Positions 48,984 through 58,643 of a stretch of 64,000 nt of DNA are shown piece after piece. Position numbers and translations under genes: made by a program. Source of the DNA: Candidatus Eiseniibacteriota bacterium (GTDB lineage Bacteria > Eisenbacteria > RBG-16-71-46). The notes below the pieces were generated by a model. That model was not told the DNA's origin. It did not search any database and was given only the letters and a program-made list of their open reading frames with translations. The stretch spans positions 1,440,001 through 1,504,000 of the forward strand of contig CAVQXP010000004.1 in assembly GCA_963717935.1 (NCBI GenBank), in the 5' to 3' direction. The number at the start of each line of letters is the position of its first letter. Position 1 is the stretch's first letter.

Positions 48984-50445
48984 ACTCGCTCGTCACGAAC
49001 CTCGTGCGGCGCGTCGTTGCGGCGTGCATCGGGCTCGCGCTGGTCGTGGGAGCGGGGTTCGCCGCGGACGCGCCCCTCGACCGCACGAAGCCCCCGACGC
49101 TCGGCCCGCTCAAGCCGCTGAAGGTGCCCGTGGTGCAGACGCAGACGCTCGCCAACGGGCTCCAGTTGGCGGTCGTCGAGATGCACGAGGTCCCGGTCGT
49201 GGACTGCCTGCTGCTCGTGCGGGCCGGCGCGGCCTACGACCCGCAGGGGAGCCCCGGGCTCGCCACCTTCGTCGCGGGCATGCTCGACGAGGGCGCCGGC
49301 AAGCGCAGCGCGCTGGAGATCTCCGAGGAGGCCGACTACCTCGGGCGCGCAGTTCGGCACGGGCGCCGGGATGGAGAACGCGCAGATCGAGCCTGCACGT
49401 TCCCAGGGCGCGCCTGGAGGCGGCGCTCGACCTGATGGCCGACGTCGCACTGCGGCCGGCGTTCCCCGATTCGGAGATCGCCCGGCAGCGGGAGCTCCGG
49501 AAGAACAGCATCCTCCAGCTGCGCGACCAGCCCACGGCCATGGCGCCCCTCGCGCTCCATGCCATCCTCTTCGGTGCGGCGCACCCGTACGGACACTCGC
49601 AGGTGGGGAACGAAGCCTCGACGGCGGCGCTGGACCGCGCCCGGGTCACGCGCTTCTACGAGACCCATTACCGCCCGGCGAACGCGAAGCTCCTGTTCGT
49701 GGGGGACATCACCCCGGCCGAGGCCCGGAAGCTCGCCGAGGCCCGCTTCGGCGGCTGGTCGAAGGGCGAAGCGCCAGCCCCGCGGACGGGCGTCGTCGCG
49801 CCGCCGGCCGGACGCACGTTCTACCTCGTGGACAAGCCGGGGGCGCCGCAGTCGGTCATCATGATCGGCAACGTCGGCGTGCCGCGCTCCACGCCGGACT
49901 ACTATGCGTTGCGGGTGATGAACAACCTCCTGGGAGGGTCGTTCACCTCGCGGCTCATGCAGAACCTGCGCGAGCTGCACGGCTACACCTACGGTGCGCG
50001 CTCGTACTTCGACATGTACCAGCAGGCCGGGCCGTTCCGCGCCGCGTCCTCGGTGCACACGGCGAAGACCGACAGCGCGCTGATCGAGTTCTTCCGGGAG
50101 TTGCGCCGCATCCGCGACGAACCGGTGCCGGCGGAGGAACTGGCCAAGTCGAAGGCCTACATCGCGCTCGGTCTGCCGGGCGAGTTCGAGACCACGCAGG
50201 GGGCGGCCGGCCGGTTCCTCGACCTGCTCGCCTACGATCTCCCGCTGGATTCCTACGACTCGTTCATCGAGCGGATCCAGGCCGTGACGGCCGAGGACGT
50301 GCAGCGGGTGGCGAGGCAGTACATAACCCCGGACCAGTTCACGGTGGTGGTGGTGGGCGATCGCAGCCAGATCGAGGCCCCCATCAAGGCCCTGAACGAG
50401 GGGCCGGTCGAGCTGCGCGACCTGTGGGGGCAGCCGGCGCAGTAG
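48980..50445 (+). CDS. M16B peptidase partner subunit, exported; two apparent +1 indels (~49344, ~49389)
   Basis: Signal peptide, LANGL, no HxxEH, HPYG, GGSFTSRLMQNLRELHGYTYG; ATGA overlap with the upstream gene. Confidence 0.85.
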
Positions 50446-50453
50446 CGCGTCGA

Positions 50454-50536
50454 GGACCGCGGAGCGCAGACGCGCCGTGGTGGCCGAGCGCATGGTGCCT
50501 CTGCTCGGCCACTACGGTGCGCGAGCCCCGCGGTCC
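50454..50536 (+). other. Long intergenic hairpin after the M16 pair
   Basis: 18-bp inner stem 50472-50489/50503-50520 (two G-U pairs) within GGACCGCGG/CCGCGGTCC. Confidence 0.55.
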
Positions 50537-50621
50537 GGGCGCTCGCAGGGAAGACGACGGCCCGGGATACCCAGACGCTCGCTGCCCGGGTCCCGTGCGC
50601 CGTCACCAGAAGCCAGAGCGT

Positions 50622-50662
50622 GGCCCCGTAGCTCGGATGGATAGAGCAGCGGTTTCCTGACC
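50622..50662 (+). pseudogene. tRNA-Arg(CCT) 5' half (no T-arm or 3' acceptor strand)
   Basis: GGCCCCG-TA-GCTC-GGATGGATA-GAGC-A-GCGGT-TTCCT, after which similarity is lost. Confidence 0.65.
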
Positions 50663-50693
50663 ATGGGCTGAGGCGGCCGCCTCCCGGACGCAC

Positions 50694-50725
50694 GAAGGCC
50701 CCGCGGCGCCAGCCGCAGGGCCTTT
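50694..50725 (-). terminator. Hairpin downstream of kbl
   Basis: AAGGCCC.GCGGC-loop-GCCGC.GGGCCTT. Confidence 0.35.
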
Positions 50726-50743
50726 GCGCAATGACCGCCCCCG

Positions 50744-51991
50744 CTACATCCCGTACTTCTCGATGATCTGCTGCTTGTTGAGTCCCAGGATGCCGTACTT
50801 GGCGCCGACCTTCTTGAACGCCGCGATGCCCTTGTCGAGGTGGTGCTGCTCGTGCGCGGCCGAGAGCTGCGTGCGGATGCGCGCCTGCGCCTTCGCCACG
50901 ACCGGGAAGAAGAAGCCGACGACGTAGATGCCCTCGGCGAACAGGTCGCGTGCCACGTCCTGCGCCAGCTTGGCGTTGTAGAGCATCACCGGCACGATCG
51001 GGCTCTCGCCCTTCTTGATGTCGAAACCGGCCTCGGTGAGGAGCTTGCGCCAGTAGGTGGTGTTCCACTCGAGCTTGTCGCGCCGCTCGGTGGTGGCCGA
51101 GATCAGGTCCAGCACCTTGAGCGCGCCCTCGACGATGACCGGTGCCACGGTGTTCGAGAACAGGTAGGGCCGCGCCCGCTGGCGGCACATCTCCACCAGC
51201 TCGCGCCGTCCGCTCACGCAGCCGCCGGAGGCCCCGCCGAGGGCCTTGCCGAGCGTGGTGGTGATGATGTCGATCCGGCCGACCACGCCGCAGTGCTCGT
51301 GCGTGCCGCGGCCGGTCTTCCCGATGAAGCCCGAGGAGTGCGAGTCGTCCACGAACACCATGGCGTCGTACTTCTCGGCCAGCGCGACGATCCCGTCGAG
51401 CTTGGCGATGTCGCCGTCCATCGAGAAGACGCCGTCGGTGATGATCATGCGGAAGCGCTTGTCCTGGTGCTCGACGAGCTTCTCCTCGAGGTGGCCCAGG
51501 TCGGAGTGCTTGTAGGTGTCCTGCATCGCCTTGCACAGCCGCATGCCGTCCACGATCGAGGCGTGCACGAGGCGGTCGGAGATCATCACGTCCTGATCGC
51601 CCAGGATGGCCTCGAACACGCCGGCGTTGGCGTCCATGCAGGAGGGGAAGAGCAGCGTGTCCTCCGTGCCGAGGAACGCGGTCAGCTTCTGCTCCAGCTC
51701 GCGGTGGATGTCCTGGGTGCCGCAGATGAAGCGCACCGACGACATGCCGTAGCCGCGGTGGTCGAGCCCCTTGTGCGCGGCCGCCACGACCTCGGGGTGA
51801 CTCGAGAGGCCGAGGTAGTTGTTCGCGCACAGGTTGATGACCTTGTGGCCGCCGCTGCCGACCGGGAACTCGACCTCGATGTCGGCGCCCTGCGGCGAGT
51901 GGATGAAGCGCTCCTCCTTGAACAAACCCTGCTCGCGGAGGCCTTTCAGCTCGGTCTGGTAGTGCTCGCGGACCCTGTCGGCATAACCCAT
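50744..51991 (-). CDS. kbl: Glycine C-acetyltransferase (2-amino-3-ketobutyrate CoA ligase), alpha-oxoamine synthase family
   Basis: CANNYLG, MSSVRFICGTQDIH, SCMDAN, HASIVDG, FSMDG, TLGKALGGASGG, RQRARPYLFSN, ARIRTQLSA. Confidence 0.9.
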   Translation of the reverse strand: MGYADRVREHYQTELKGLREQGLFKEERFIHSPQGADIEVEFPVGSGGHKVINLCANNYLGLSSHPEVVAAAHKGLDHRGYGMSSVRFICGTQDIHRELEQKLTAFLGTEDTLLFPSCMDANAGVFEAILGDQDVMISDRLVHASIVDGMRLCKAMQDTYKHSDLGHLEEKLVEHQDKRFRMIITDGVFSMDGDIAKLDGIVALAEKYDAMVFVDDSHSSGFIGKTGRGTHEHCGVVGRIDIITTTLGKALGGASGGCVSGRRELVEMCRQRARPYLFSNTVAPVIVEGALKVLDLISATTERRDKLEWNTTYWRKLLTEAGFDIKKGESPIVPVMLYNAKLAQDVARDLFAEGIYVVGFFFPVVAKAQARIRTQLSAAHEQHHLDKGIAAFKKVGAKYGILGLNKQQIIEKYGM

Positions 51992-51994
51992 GGC

Positions 51995-52249
51995 TCAGCC
52001 CTTCTGCTGGAAGCGGGTGACCAGCGCGGCGATGCTGTTGACGTTGTCGAAGGCCTGCGGGCTGGCGTCGGCGTCGGGGATCTTGATGCTGAACTTGCGC
52101 TCGAGGAAGCGCTTGAGCGAGACCATCGAGAAGGAGTCCACGATGCCGCCGGTGATGAGCGGTGAGGCCTCGTTGATGACGCGGTCGTCATCCTCCTCGA
52201 GGTACTCCTTCTTCACGTAGTCGAGGATCAGCTGCTTGAGCTCGTCCAT
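51995..52249 (-). CDS. Acyl carrier protein
   Basis: 84-aa acidic protein; GIVDSFSMV phosphopantetheine-attachment Ser. Confidence 0.9.
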   Translation of the reverse strand: MDELKQLILDYVKKEYLEEDDDRVINEASPLITGGIVDSFSMVSLKRFLERKFSIKIPDADASPQAFDNVNSIAALVTRFQQKG

Positions 52250-52301
52250 GGGTCTCTCCTGTGGGTTTGGGGCGCGGCCCGCGGGTCGCGGGTCTGTGCG
52301 T

Positions 52302-54005
52302 TCAGTCGTCCATCACGGTGGAGATGTCGCCGACCGGCTCGCCCCACTCCTGGGCCCGCAGGATGCGGCGCACGATCTTGCCGCTGCGGGTCTTGGGGAG
52401 GGCGTCCACGAACTCGATCTCCTGCGGCATGGCCAGCGGCGAGAGCCGCTTGCGGATGAAGTTCATGATCTCCAACTCGAGGTCCTCGTCCGCCTGGAAG
52501 GTGGGCTTGACCACCACGAAGGCCTTCACCACCTCCATGTTCACCGGGTCGGGCTTGGCGACCGCGGCCGACTCGGCCACGGCCGGGTGCTCGAGCAGCG
52601 CCGACTCGATCTCGAACGGGCCGACCAGGTGGCCGCCGGTGTTGATGACGTCGTCGTCGCGGCCCACGAACCAGAAGTAGCCGTCGGCGTCGATGCTGGC
52701 GCGGTCGCCCGTCAGGTACCAGCCGTTCTTGAACTTGTTCTCGTAGGCGGTGGGGTTCTGCCAGTAGGAGCGCATCATCGACGGCCAGCCGGGCTTGAGC
52801 GCGATCAGGCCGACGCTGCCGGGATGGCCGACCGGCTCGTAGGTGCGCGGATCGAGCACCGTGGCCGTGATGCCGGGGAAGGGCTTGCCCATCGAGCCGG
52901 GCTTGATCGGCATCCCGGGGAAGTTGGTGATGACCATGCAGCCGGTCTCGGTCTGCCAGTAGGTGTCGTGGAACATGATGCCGAAGGCTTCCTTCGACCA
53001 GAGCACGGCCTCGGCGTTGAGCGGCTCGCCCACGCTCGCCAGGTGGCGCAGCGCGGAGAGGTCGAACTTGCGCGCGGCCTCGGCGCCCTCGCGCATGAGC
53101 AGGCGGATGGCGGTGGGGGCGGAGTACCAGACGCTCACGCGGTGCTTCTGCATGAAGGCGTACCAGCGCTCGGCGACGAAGCCCGAGTCGAGCACGACCT
53201 GGGTGACGCCGTTGGCCCAGGGCCCGATGATGCCGTAGGAGGTGCCCGTGACCCAGCCGGGGTCCGCATTGCACCAGTAGACGTCCTCCGGCTTGAGGTC
53301 GAGCACCCACTTGCTGGTCAGGTACTGCGAGACCAGCGAGGAGTGCACGTGCTGCGCGCCCTTGGGCTGCCCCGTCGTGCCCGAGGTGTAGTGCAGCACC
53401 GAAGGCGTCTCGGCGAGGGCGGGGTAGGCCTCGAACGACTCGACTCGCGGCTCCTGGTCCAGCGCCAGCGGCACCTCGCGCGCCTGCAGGGGCGGGCCCT
53501 CGGCGCCGTCCACCACGATGATGTGGCGCAGCCCGGGCAACGAGTCGCGGATCTTGCGGACCTTGGCCACGTGCTTGCGCTGGGTCAGGATGGCCGCGGT
53601 CTGCGCGTTGTCGAGGCGCGTGTGCAGCGACTCGTCGCCGAAGGCCGAGAACAGCGGCTGGACGATCCCGCCCATCTTGAGCACGCCGAGGAAGCCCAGG
53701 TAGAGCTCGGGGATGCGGTCCATGAAGAGGCAGATGCGCTCGCCGGGCTTCAGTCCCAGCCGCTGCAGGTAGGCCGCGATCGTGTTGGAGAGCACGCGCA
53801 GGTCGTCGTAGGTGTAGGTGCGCGCGTCGCCTGAGCCGCCCTCCCAGATGAGGGCGGGTTTCGCGGCCGACCCGAGCTGGCAGATGCGGTCGCTGCAGTA
53901 CCAGCCGATGTTGATGGGGTCGCCCCGGCGCCAGCCCAGCTCCTTTTCGGCGTTCGCCCAGTCGAACTGCTTCAGCCGCTCCTCGTACGAGTTCGCGTCG
54001 CTCAT
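52302..54005 (-). CDS. acsA: AMP-forming acetate--CoA ligase (AcsA type)
   Basis: [45 protein letters not shown]. Confidence 0.88.
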   Translation of the reverse strand: MSDANSYEERLKQFDWANAEKELGWRRGDPINIGWYCSDRICQLGSAAKPALIWEGGSGDARTYTYDDLRVLSNTIAAYLQRLGLKPGERICLFMDRIPELYLGFLGVLKMGGIVQPLFSAFGDESLHTRLDNAQTAAILTQRKHVAKVRKIRDSLPGLRHIIVVDGAEGPPLQAREVPLALDQEPRVESFEAYPALAETPSVLHYTSGTTGQPKGAQHVHSSLVSQYLTSKWVLDLKPEDVYWCNADPGWVTGTSYGIIGPWANGVTQVVLDSGFVAERWYAFMQKHRVSVWYSAPTAIRLLMREGAEAARKFDLSALRHLASVGEPLNAEAVLWSKEAFGIMFHDTYWQTETGCMVITNFPGMPIKPGSMGKPFPGITATVLDPRTYEPVGHPGSVGLIALKPGWPSMMRSYWQNPTAYENKFKNGWYLTGDRASIDADGYFWFVGRDDDVINTGGHLVGPFEIESALLEHPAVAESAAVAKPDPVNMEVVKAFVVVKPTFQADEDLELEIMNFIRKRLSPLAMPQEIEFVDALPKTRSGKIVRRILRAQEWGEPVGDISTVMDD

Positions 54006-54418
54006 GTGCTGCGTCCTCTCTCCAACGGTGGGGGGTGCACGGAGGTTTCGAGGACCACGGCGGCGGCCGCCAGGTCCCGGGTGTGCGTGAGTGAGACGAA
54101 CAGGCTGCCGGCGAGGCGATCTCCGGCCAGTGCCGCGAGCCGGCCGTGCAGCGTCAGGCGTGGTGCGCCCGATGGCGCGCGCCGCACCTCCACTTCGCGC
54201 CACGAGGCGCCGTCACGATGCCCGGCGCCCAGGGCCTTGAACGCGGCCTCCTTGGCCGCGAAACGCGCGGCGTAGTGCCGGGCCGGGAAGCGCTCGGCCT
54301 CGCAATCGGCGATCTCGCCGGGGGTGAAGAGCCCGGCGACGAAGTCCCGCGGGTCACGCCGGAGTTCCCGCTCCATGCGCGCCACCTCGAGCACGTCCAC
54401 GCCGATCCCGACGATCAT
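54002..54418 (-). CDS. acpS: Holo-ACP synthase
   Basis: [31 protein letters not shown] overlap with acsA. Confidence 0.92.
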   Translation of the reverse strand: MIVGIGVDVLEVARMERELRRDPRDFVAGLFTPGEIADCEAERFPARHYAARFAAKEAAFKALGAGHRDGASWREVEVRRAPSGAPRLTLHGRLAALAGDRLAGSLFVSLTHTRDLAAAAVVLETSVHPPPLERGRST

Positions 54419-54593
54419 CGCTTTCCGGTCCCAGCCCTGCCGGGCCCGCTCCCTGGTACGAAAATACCCTCACACGACCATCCGCCCACGCAGGCGCGGG
54501 CGGGTCGGCTGGACATGGTGGCCCGGCCGGGCGGGGGAGTCAAACCGACCCCGGGACCCGCCGACGCGCCGGACGGGAGCCGCGAGGATTTCC

Positions 54594-54622
54594 TTCTCAC
54601 GTGGCCGCCGACTTCCTAGAAT
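54594..54622 (+). promoter_or_regulatory. Putative promoter of the DRG-like GTPase (leaderless geometry)
   Basis: TTCTCA-17 nt-TAGAAT, 7 nt before ATG 54630. Confidence 0.5.
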
Positions 54623-54629
54623 GGAGCCC

Positions 54630-55622
54630 ATGCCCGCGAATCTGACGCCCCAGTACCGTGAAGCCGAGGAGCGCTTCCGCGAAGCCGGGACCCACGAAGA
54701 GAAGCTGGTCGCGCTGCGCGAGATGATGGCGCTCCTGCCCAAGCACAAAGGCACGGAGAAGCTGCAGGCCGATCTCCGCCGCCGCCTCGCGAAGCTTGAA
54801 GAGGAGGCCGAGCACGGTGCCCGGGGCGGTGCGCGCCGCGTCGACCCCGGGCATGTGCGCCGCGAGGGCGCGGGGCAGTGGGTCCTGATCGGACCGCCGA
54901 ATGCCGGCAAGTCGGCGCTGCTCGCCGCCCTCACGCACGCGCATCCCGAGGTGGCGCCGTATCCCTTCACCACGCACGCCCCGCAGCCGGGCATGATGCC
55001 TTTCGAGGACGTGCAGGTGCAGCTCGTGGACACGCCGGCCGTGGCCGCGCAGCACACCGAGCCCTACATGGCGAACCTCGTGCGCAACGCCGACGGTGTG
55101 CTGGTGGTGCTCGACCCCACGGCGGACGACCTGGGGGAGTCGCTGGCCGCCTGCCACGGGCTGGTCGAGCGCGCTCGGGTGTGGCCGCGCGCGAAGCCCC
55201 TGCCGCCCGACGCCTCGCCGCTCCTGGTGGTGCGCCCGGTCCACGTGGTCCTCAACAAGTCCGACCTCGACGGCGATGGCACGTTCGCGACCCTGGCGCG
55301 CGAGTCGGTCGGGGATGAGCTGCCCGTATTCTTCATCTCCGCCGAGCACGGCCACGGGCTCGAGGAGCTGCGCGGGCGGCTCTTCGGCGACCTCGGCCGC
55401 ATTCGCATCTACGCCAAGGAGCCGGGCAAGAAGCCGGACTTCGCGCGGCCCTTCGTGCTGGAGGCCGACGCGACGGTCCACGACCTCGCCCGCGTGGTCC
55501 ACAAGGAGATCGCCGAGAACCTCCGCTTTGCGCGCATCTGGGGTCATGCGCGCTTCGGCGGCCAGCAGGTGGACCGCGACCACGTGCTGGCCGACCGGGA
55601 CGTGGTCGAACTGCACGCCTGA
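54630..55622 (+). CDS. DRG-like (Obg family) GTPase with TGS domain
   Basis: MPANLTPQY, PKHKGTEK, GPPNAGKS, YPFTT, DTP, NKSD; C-terminal TGS (DHVLADRDVVELH). Confidence 0.87.
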   Translation: MPANLTPQYREAEERFREAGTHEEKLVALREMMALLPKHKGTEKLQADLRRRLAKLEEEAEHGARGGARRVDPGHVRREGAGQWVLIGPPNAGKSALLAALTHAHPEVAPYPFTTHAPQPGMMPFEDVQVQLVDTPAVAAQHTEPYMANLVRNADGVLVVLDPTADDLGESLAACHGLVERARVWPRAKPLPPDASPLLVVRPVHVVLNKSDLDGDGTFATLARESVGDELPVFFISAEHGHGLEELRGRLFGDLGRIRIYAKEPGKKPDFARPFVLEADATVHDLARVVHKEIAENLRFARIWGHARFGGQQVDRDHVLADRDVVELHA

Positions 55623-55723
55623 CGCGTGGTCCGGAGCCGGACGCGGCGTCCGGTCATGGTGATGATGACCCGGCGCCCGCGAGGCCGCGGGGACGCCGGG
55701 TCATCTCTGTCGCGCTCTGGCGC

Positions 55724-58480
55724 TCAGTGCCCGCGCAGGTCCTCGAGCAGCTCGCGCTCGACCGCCGGCAGCTGGTGCACGGGCTGCCACGTGGCGATGC
55801 TCGCGCGGAAGGTCCACTCGGGGGGCGCGCGGTTCGCGATGCGCTCCCGGACCGGCGCCCACGCGGCGGCGGCGGCCGCCGCGTTCCCGGCGCGCTGCTC
55901 GGCGCCGCCCAGCACGATGCGCGCGAGGTCCGACCACGGGCCCCACTCCAGCGCCCGCCCGGCGTGCGACCGCGCGGCCGCGACCTCTCCGGTCCGCAGC
56001 GCGAGCAGTCCGCGCAGCGCCTCGGCGGTCGGATCGCCTTCGTCGAGCAGTCTCGCCTCGTCGAGTTGTCCACGGGCCGCGTCGGGCCGCCCCGCGCGCA
56101 GCAGGTCGAAGGCGTAGTCGCAGCGCAGGTCCACCACGCCGGTGCGCAGCCGCACGGCCTTGTCGTACTCCGCGAAGGCATCGTCCCAACGTCCTGCCAG
56201 AGCCAGACTTGAGGCGCGGGCCCGCAGCCCCTCCGGGCTGTCGGACTGGCGCGCGAGAACCGAGTCGGCCGCCGCCAGCGCCGCGGCCGCGTCTCCACGG
56301 ACCCACGCCAGGCGCGCGATCTCGAGGTCCACGAGACGACGGTCGTCGTCGCGCACGTCGGAGCGCATCTTCGCGGCCAGCGCGAGCGCGGAGTCGAGCC
56401 CGCGGCCCCCGTGCCAGGTGGCTTCGGCCGCCTCCGCCACGATGGCACCGCTGGCCGGCAGGGTTGCGAGCGCCCGGTCGGCGGCGGCCAGCATCTCGGG
56501 GCCGCGGTTGCCAAGGTCGAGCGCGCGCGTGAGTGACAGCAACGCGTACTCCTCGTCGGACTTCAGGGTCAGTGCCCTCTGGTAGAAGGGCACGGCCTGG
56601 TCCACCTCGCCGCGCCAGAGGCGATCGTCACCCGCGTTGACGTAAGCCACCGGGTAGCTCGCGTTCACGTCGGTCAGGGCCATGAGCCGCTCGACGAGCG
56701 CCTTCAAGTCGGCGTCCTTGCGCTCGAGCCGGCTGAGCACCTCGGGGCGCGGGTCGTAGGCGTCGCGATCCACGGAGAGCAGGGCATTGGCCCCTTCGGC
56801 GAGGTACTCCTCCACGGCGACGGCGGCGTAGCGGGAGATGAACGCATCGTGGGTCACCTCGTCGCGCGCCTTCGTCCTGCGATAGAGGTCCTGGATCTCC
56901 CGGGACTGGTCCGCCGTGAGCACCGCATGAACCTGGTGGGTCAGCTCGTGCAGGACGGTGTTGTACCTGGCGAAGATCGTCGCCTCGACGTCCTCGATGC
57001 CCGTGACCGTGTGGTAGCCGCCCGAGCCGCGCACGTCGTCCCAGAGGCGCGAGTCGTAGCTGATGCGCTGGTCCTTGAGCGTCTCCTGTCCCGGGACCTC
57101 CGAGAGCAGCATGTACATGGGCTTGATGTAGAAGTCGGCTCCGCCCGCGAGCAGCACGGGGATGAACCGCTGCCAGGGCGCGATGGACAGGGCCACGCGC
57201 TTCTGGTGGCGCGGTGAGAGCGACTTCCAGTTCACGACGAAGCGCTCGATGCCCGCCACCTCGGGCACGGGCGCGGCGGCCAGTCGCGCCTCGTAGCCGG
57301 GGCGGTGCACGTCCACGTCGAAGCGCTGGAACTGGAGCGCCTTGGCGAGGATGGCGTGGCCGCGGCCGTACTCGGGGCAGATGTGGAGCGCCGCGAAACA
57401 CCGGTCGCGCGCGGCGTCGAAGCGGCCGTCCTCGAAGTCGAGCGAAGCCAGCCGCGCGAGCGGGTCCACCCAGCCGGGATGCGCACGGCACACGGCCTCG
57501 TACGCGACGCGCGCGCCGGGGCGGTCGCCGGCGCCGAGCAGGCTGTCGGCGCGGGCCAGCACGCGTCGTCCGGCCGCGTCCGCGAAGGCGTGCGGGTAGG
57601 CGGCGTACAGTTGCGTGTAGTTCCTGCGCACGGTGTAGCCGTTTCCCCGGAGGTAGTGCGCCATGTCGGAGTAGGGGTTCAGCAGGGTGCCCCACTCGGC
57701 CGCGCTGATCGCCTCGTCGGTGCGCCCGACCCGCAGCAGCGCCTGAGCCAGGACCGTCATGGCGTCGCCGCAGGCGTTCGCCCCGACCGCCCTGAGCGCG
57801 GCGGCGAGCGCGCCGTCCCAATCCCGACGCCCGAACCTCACCTGCGTGAGCCCGATCAGGGCCGTGTCGCGGGCGGCTTGGACGTAGCGGCGCCCGGCGG
57901 CCTGCTTCGGCTGCGGTTGTCCGGTGCGCTCGAGCGCGCGGGAGTAGCAGGACTCGGCCCGCGCGAACCGCATCAGACCGCAGGCCAGGCGGCCCGCGGC
58001 GAGCAGGTCGGGGATGCTGGCGTGTTCGGCGGGCGTGGTGAGCGCGCCGCGGGTCAGCGAGTCCACTCGCGCCACGTCGTCGTGCGCGAAGAGCCAGGCG
58101 AGGACGGCCTCGCGCTCTTCCTGGGTCGGATCCGGCTGCGCGGCGATGTTCGCGAACAGCGGCGCGGCGGTGACGAAGTCCTGGCGGGCGAGGAGTGCGC
58201 GCGCCTTCACCACCGTCTCCTCGCGCGCCTCGCCCGTGAGGCGCGGCAGCGATCGGCACGCCTCGTCGATCCTGCCCGTGGCGAGAAGCAGCCGGAGCCG
58301 CCCGGGCGTCACGGGGCCCCTGGCCTGCGTCTCGAGCTGCGCGAGCCGCGCCCGGTACTGCGCCGCCACCGGCGCGAAGAGCCCGGTGTCCGCGGGGGCC
58401 TGGGCCCGCGCGTTCGCGGAAAGCGGGAGTGCCGCGGCAGTGCACATGGCCACGGTGCCGCACAGCAACGCGATCCTCAT
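55724..58480 (-). CDS. Exported TPR protein with central HExxH zinc-peptidase domain (~918 aa)
   Basis: Signal peptide ending ARA, TPR-like Ala-rich repeats, WDDVRGSGG, NTVLHELTHQVH, EEYLAEG. Confidence 0.75.
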   Translation of the reverse strand: MRIALLCGTVAMCTAAALPLSANARAQAPADTGLFAPVAAQYRARLAQLETQARGPVTPGRLRLLLATGRIDEACRSLPRLTGEAREETVVKARALLARQDFVTAAPLFANIAAQPDPTQEEREAVLAWLFAHDDVARVDSLTRGALTTPAEHASIPDLLAAGRLACGLMRFARAESCYSRALERTGQPQPKQAAGRRYVQAARDTALIGLTQVRFGRRDWDGALAAALRAVGANACGDAMTVLAQALLRVGRTDEAISAAEWGTLLNPYSDMAHYLRGNGYTVRRNYTQLYAAYPHAFADAAGRRVLARADSLLGAGDRPGARVAYEAVCRAHPGWVDPLARLASLDFEDGRFDAARDRCFAALHICPEYGRGHAILAKALQFQRFDVDVHRPGYEARLAAAPVPEVAGIERFVVNWKSLSPRHQKRVALSIAPWQRFIPVLLAGGADFYIKPMYMLLSEVPGQETLKDQRISYDSRLWDDVRGSGGYHTVTGIEDVEATIFARYNTVLHELTHQVHAVLTADQSREIQDLYRRTKARDEVTHDAFISRYAAVAVEEYLAEGANALLSVDRDAYDPRPEVLSRLERKDADLKALVERLMALTDVNASYPVAYVNAGDDRLWRGEVDQAVPFYQRALTLKSDEEYALLSLTRALDLGNRGPEMLAAADRALATLPASGAIVAEAAEATWHGGRGLDSALALAAKMRSDVRDDDRRLVDLEIARLAWVRGDAAAALAAADSVLARQSDSPEGLRARASSLALAGRWDDAFAEYDKAVRLRTGVVDLRCDYAFDLLRAGRPDAARGQLDEARLLDEGDPTAEALRGLLALRTGEVAAARSHAGRALEWGPWSDLARIVLGGAEQRAGNAAAAAAAWAPVRERIANRAPPEWTFRASIATWQPVHQLPAVERELLEDLRGH

Positions 58481-58627
58481 GACGGTTCCCTCGGGGTGGG
58501 CGTTCCGGGTGTCCCGGCGCGACGGCGCCAATCTAGGCGCGCGTCCCGGACAGCGTCAACGGGCACGGGGCGCCCGTCCCTCGAAGCGCGGCGCTCGTGG
58601 TTTCCGTGGCCGCCGGGCCGGGCGCTC

Positions 58628-58636
58628 TGCTAGTCT
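58628..58636 (+). promoter_or_regulatory. Extended -10 element of the thioredoxin-TPR gene
   Basis: TG-C-TAGTCT, 7 nt before ATG 58644; no SD. Confidence 0.45.
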
Positions 58637-58643
58637 GCCGGAC

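Noticed and set aside
48330..49400. Programmed ribosomal frameshifting in the M16 genes
   Set aside because: Paired indels, no slippery sites, and the same pattern in an unrelated gene
50659..50743. Intact group I intron in tRNA-Arg(CCT)
   Set aside because: Only about 85 nt are available before kbl; no intron core or 3' exon is visible
50744..51991. Serine palmitoyltransferase / sphingolipid cluster
   Set aside because: Motifs are Kbl-like (SVRFICGTQ, RQRARPYLFSN) and the ligase looks acetate-specific rather than long-chain
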